Shown: positions 62,337 through 64,000 of the stretch, in pieces
Layout of the letters: every line of letters begins with the position of its first letter
How positions within the stretch are numbered: position 1 is the stretch's first letter
Assembly (NCBI RefSeq): GCF_038025025.1
Contig: NW_027117342.1
Location: 124,001-188,000 of the forward strand
Reading direction: 5' to 3'
Source: Phyllosticta citribraziliensis
Lineage: Eukaryota
Length of the DNA: 64,000 nt
Notes under the pieces: model-generated
The model's database searches: none
Seen by the model: the letters and a program-made list of their open reading frames with translations, nothing else
Told to the model about the DNA's origin: nothing
Translations under genes and position numbers: made by a program

Positions 62337-64000
62337 ATGCGCACCATCTGGTCGGTGGACTCCCGGGATAGCCATGTCAGCGGACACCAGCCTGAGACGG
62401 GCACAAACGCCCCCAAGGACACGCCCATGGATCGTGGAGCTGCTCAGAAGCACAGTAGTCAAGACCTGATCCAGACCCCCAAAAATGTCGACAGCTTGCC
62501 CCTTTCCGAGGATACGGAAACCTCAACGCCTGTTTTCACTGATGTTGTGGTAAAGAGAACCGCATCAATCTCGCACTTCTTTCTTCAACTCCTCGCTAAC
62601 TTGGGCAGGTTCCTCCAATTGGCACTCATAGAGAATGCGGTCAATGCGGCGAGTTTCGAACTTCCATTAGCGGTCCACTCGAACTTCTCAAGAAATCGGT
62701 TGAGAAGGGAGCCTGCCCAACCTGTCCAATTCTTTGGCATTTCCTGGAACAATTCCTTCCATATCATCCTGAGGGCTACACATGGATAAGTCTGATCAGA
62801 CCCGCCAATCGTGGCCTTCCTTTAGAAGATGGGAAGGAAGTTTATCCCGGGCAGTCATCAAACGAATGCATGCTGGTCGATGTCCGTCCAAAAGAACTCG
62901 AAATGAGGATTCTCTGCTCTGTTGAAGTTTTCACTGTTGCCAACACGCCGAGTCCCTTTCCATGTGTTGGATCAGCTCAGATTTTGCCACAAAATTCGTC
63001 CAGAGATCGTTTGGATCGTGCTAAAGAATGGCTCAACCATTGTCTGAGGATACACGAACGCTGCAGGCGACCTGAGGAGGAGAATTATCCGTTACCTAGA
63101 CGACTGGTTGATGTTTCGGGTCCCAAAGAGGACGGACCAGTGAGACTGATTGAAACATCCAATCATGAAAGACCCTACCTATGCTTGAGCCACTGCTGGG
63201 GTGACCCTGGACGTCATCCTTTGAGAACCCTGGAGGGAGGTCACCCAATTGAGGGCGATGAGACAAACCTTACGGAAGGAAATTTGGACAGCCACATGAA
63301 GGGAATCGCCTTTCATGATCTACCTGGCACCTTCAGAGATGCAGTATCGGTCGTTCGTGCTCTCGGGCAACGCTACCTATGGATCGACTCTCTCTGCATT
63401 ATCCAGGACTCCGGAAAAGATTGGGACCAAGAAGCAAAGAGAATGGCCGACATTTACCAGAACTCGTACCTGACACTAGCCGCAACAAAGTCCATGGATA
63501 GCACCGGCGGTCTCTTCTCAGAACCAGGCGCAGAATACAATGCTCGCGCGTTCAGCGTGAAAGACACAAACCACAACTCTTACAATCTCTACTGCCGGAA
63601 AGCAAGGCCACACTGGTTTGGTCAAACAGACAGGTCAGAATATCAAAGCGCTCCGACACTACTCTCTCGCGCTTGGGTCTACCAAGAACGAGTGCTTTCA
63701 CCTCGAACCTTGCACTTCGGACAAGAAGAGCTCTTGTGGGAATGTCGGGAAGGGTCGACCTGCGAGTGCAGCCTCTGGCCTGTGCCGAACAAACAATGCC
63801 TGAGATTCGATTCAGATTTCAGTCCTGGGATCATGGAAGTTGGTGCCAACTGGCAGACCAAAACTGTGACGAACCGGTGGAGGAGTGCCGTCGAGGAATA
63901 CTCAAGCCTAGACATGACCAAACCGAAAGATCGCCTCCCCGCCATAGCCGGCGTGGCCAAGCAGGTGCAGCTACTTCGCGGCGGCGAACGTTACTATGTC
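62337..64000 (+). CDS. HET-domain (heterokaryon incompatibility) protein, partial at window end
   Basis: Absent from the ORF track because it has no stop in the window. The frame from 62609 reads LPRRLVDV, YLCLSHCWG, LPGTFRDAV, YLWIDSLCIIQD, MADIYQNSYLTLAA, LLSRAWVYQERVLSPR, DRLPAIAG. Intron 62550-62608; the start codon is uncertain. Confidence 0.92.

Overview
Eukaryotic, intron-containing DNA from a filamentous ascomycete (short GT-AG introns, mostly 44-60 nt, with CTRAC branch sites; Pezizomycotina-type genes). The window has two compartments. The right part (about 24.7-64 kb) is gene-dense and mostly conserved: a 3'-truncated IML1/DEPDC5, an aldo-keto reductase, a HET-family pseudogene, a 2167-aa NACHT-TPR NLR, a PTH11-like membrane protein, an MFS transporter, a CYP504-family P450, ESA1, REX4, a CFA-synthase-like methyltransferase, RNase H2 subunit C, DUF4385, TYW2/TRM12, SSP120, and a HET-domain gene running off the end. 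The left part (about 1-24.7 kb) looks accessory: decayed ORFs and minisatellites, plus three apparently intact genes (a two-repeat Myb/SANT protein, a divergent CenH3-like histone H3 variant, and a short divergent Brr6/Brl1-domain protein). It also holds a phased array of about 20 copies of a 12-bp quasi-palindrome on a ~21-bp period, with embedded TCACGTGA and TGACTCA motifs (15.4-16.0 kb); the motif recurs in inverted orientation at 21.1-21.2 kb. All calls come from reading the sequence and remembered family motifs; no database searches were run.
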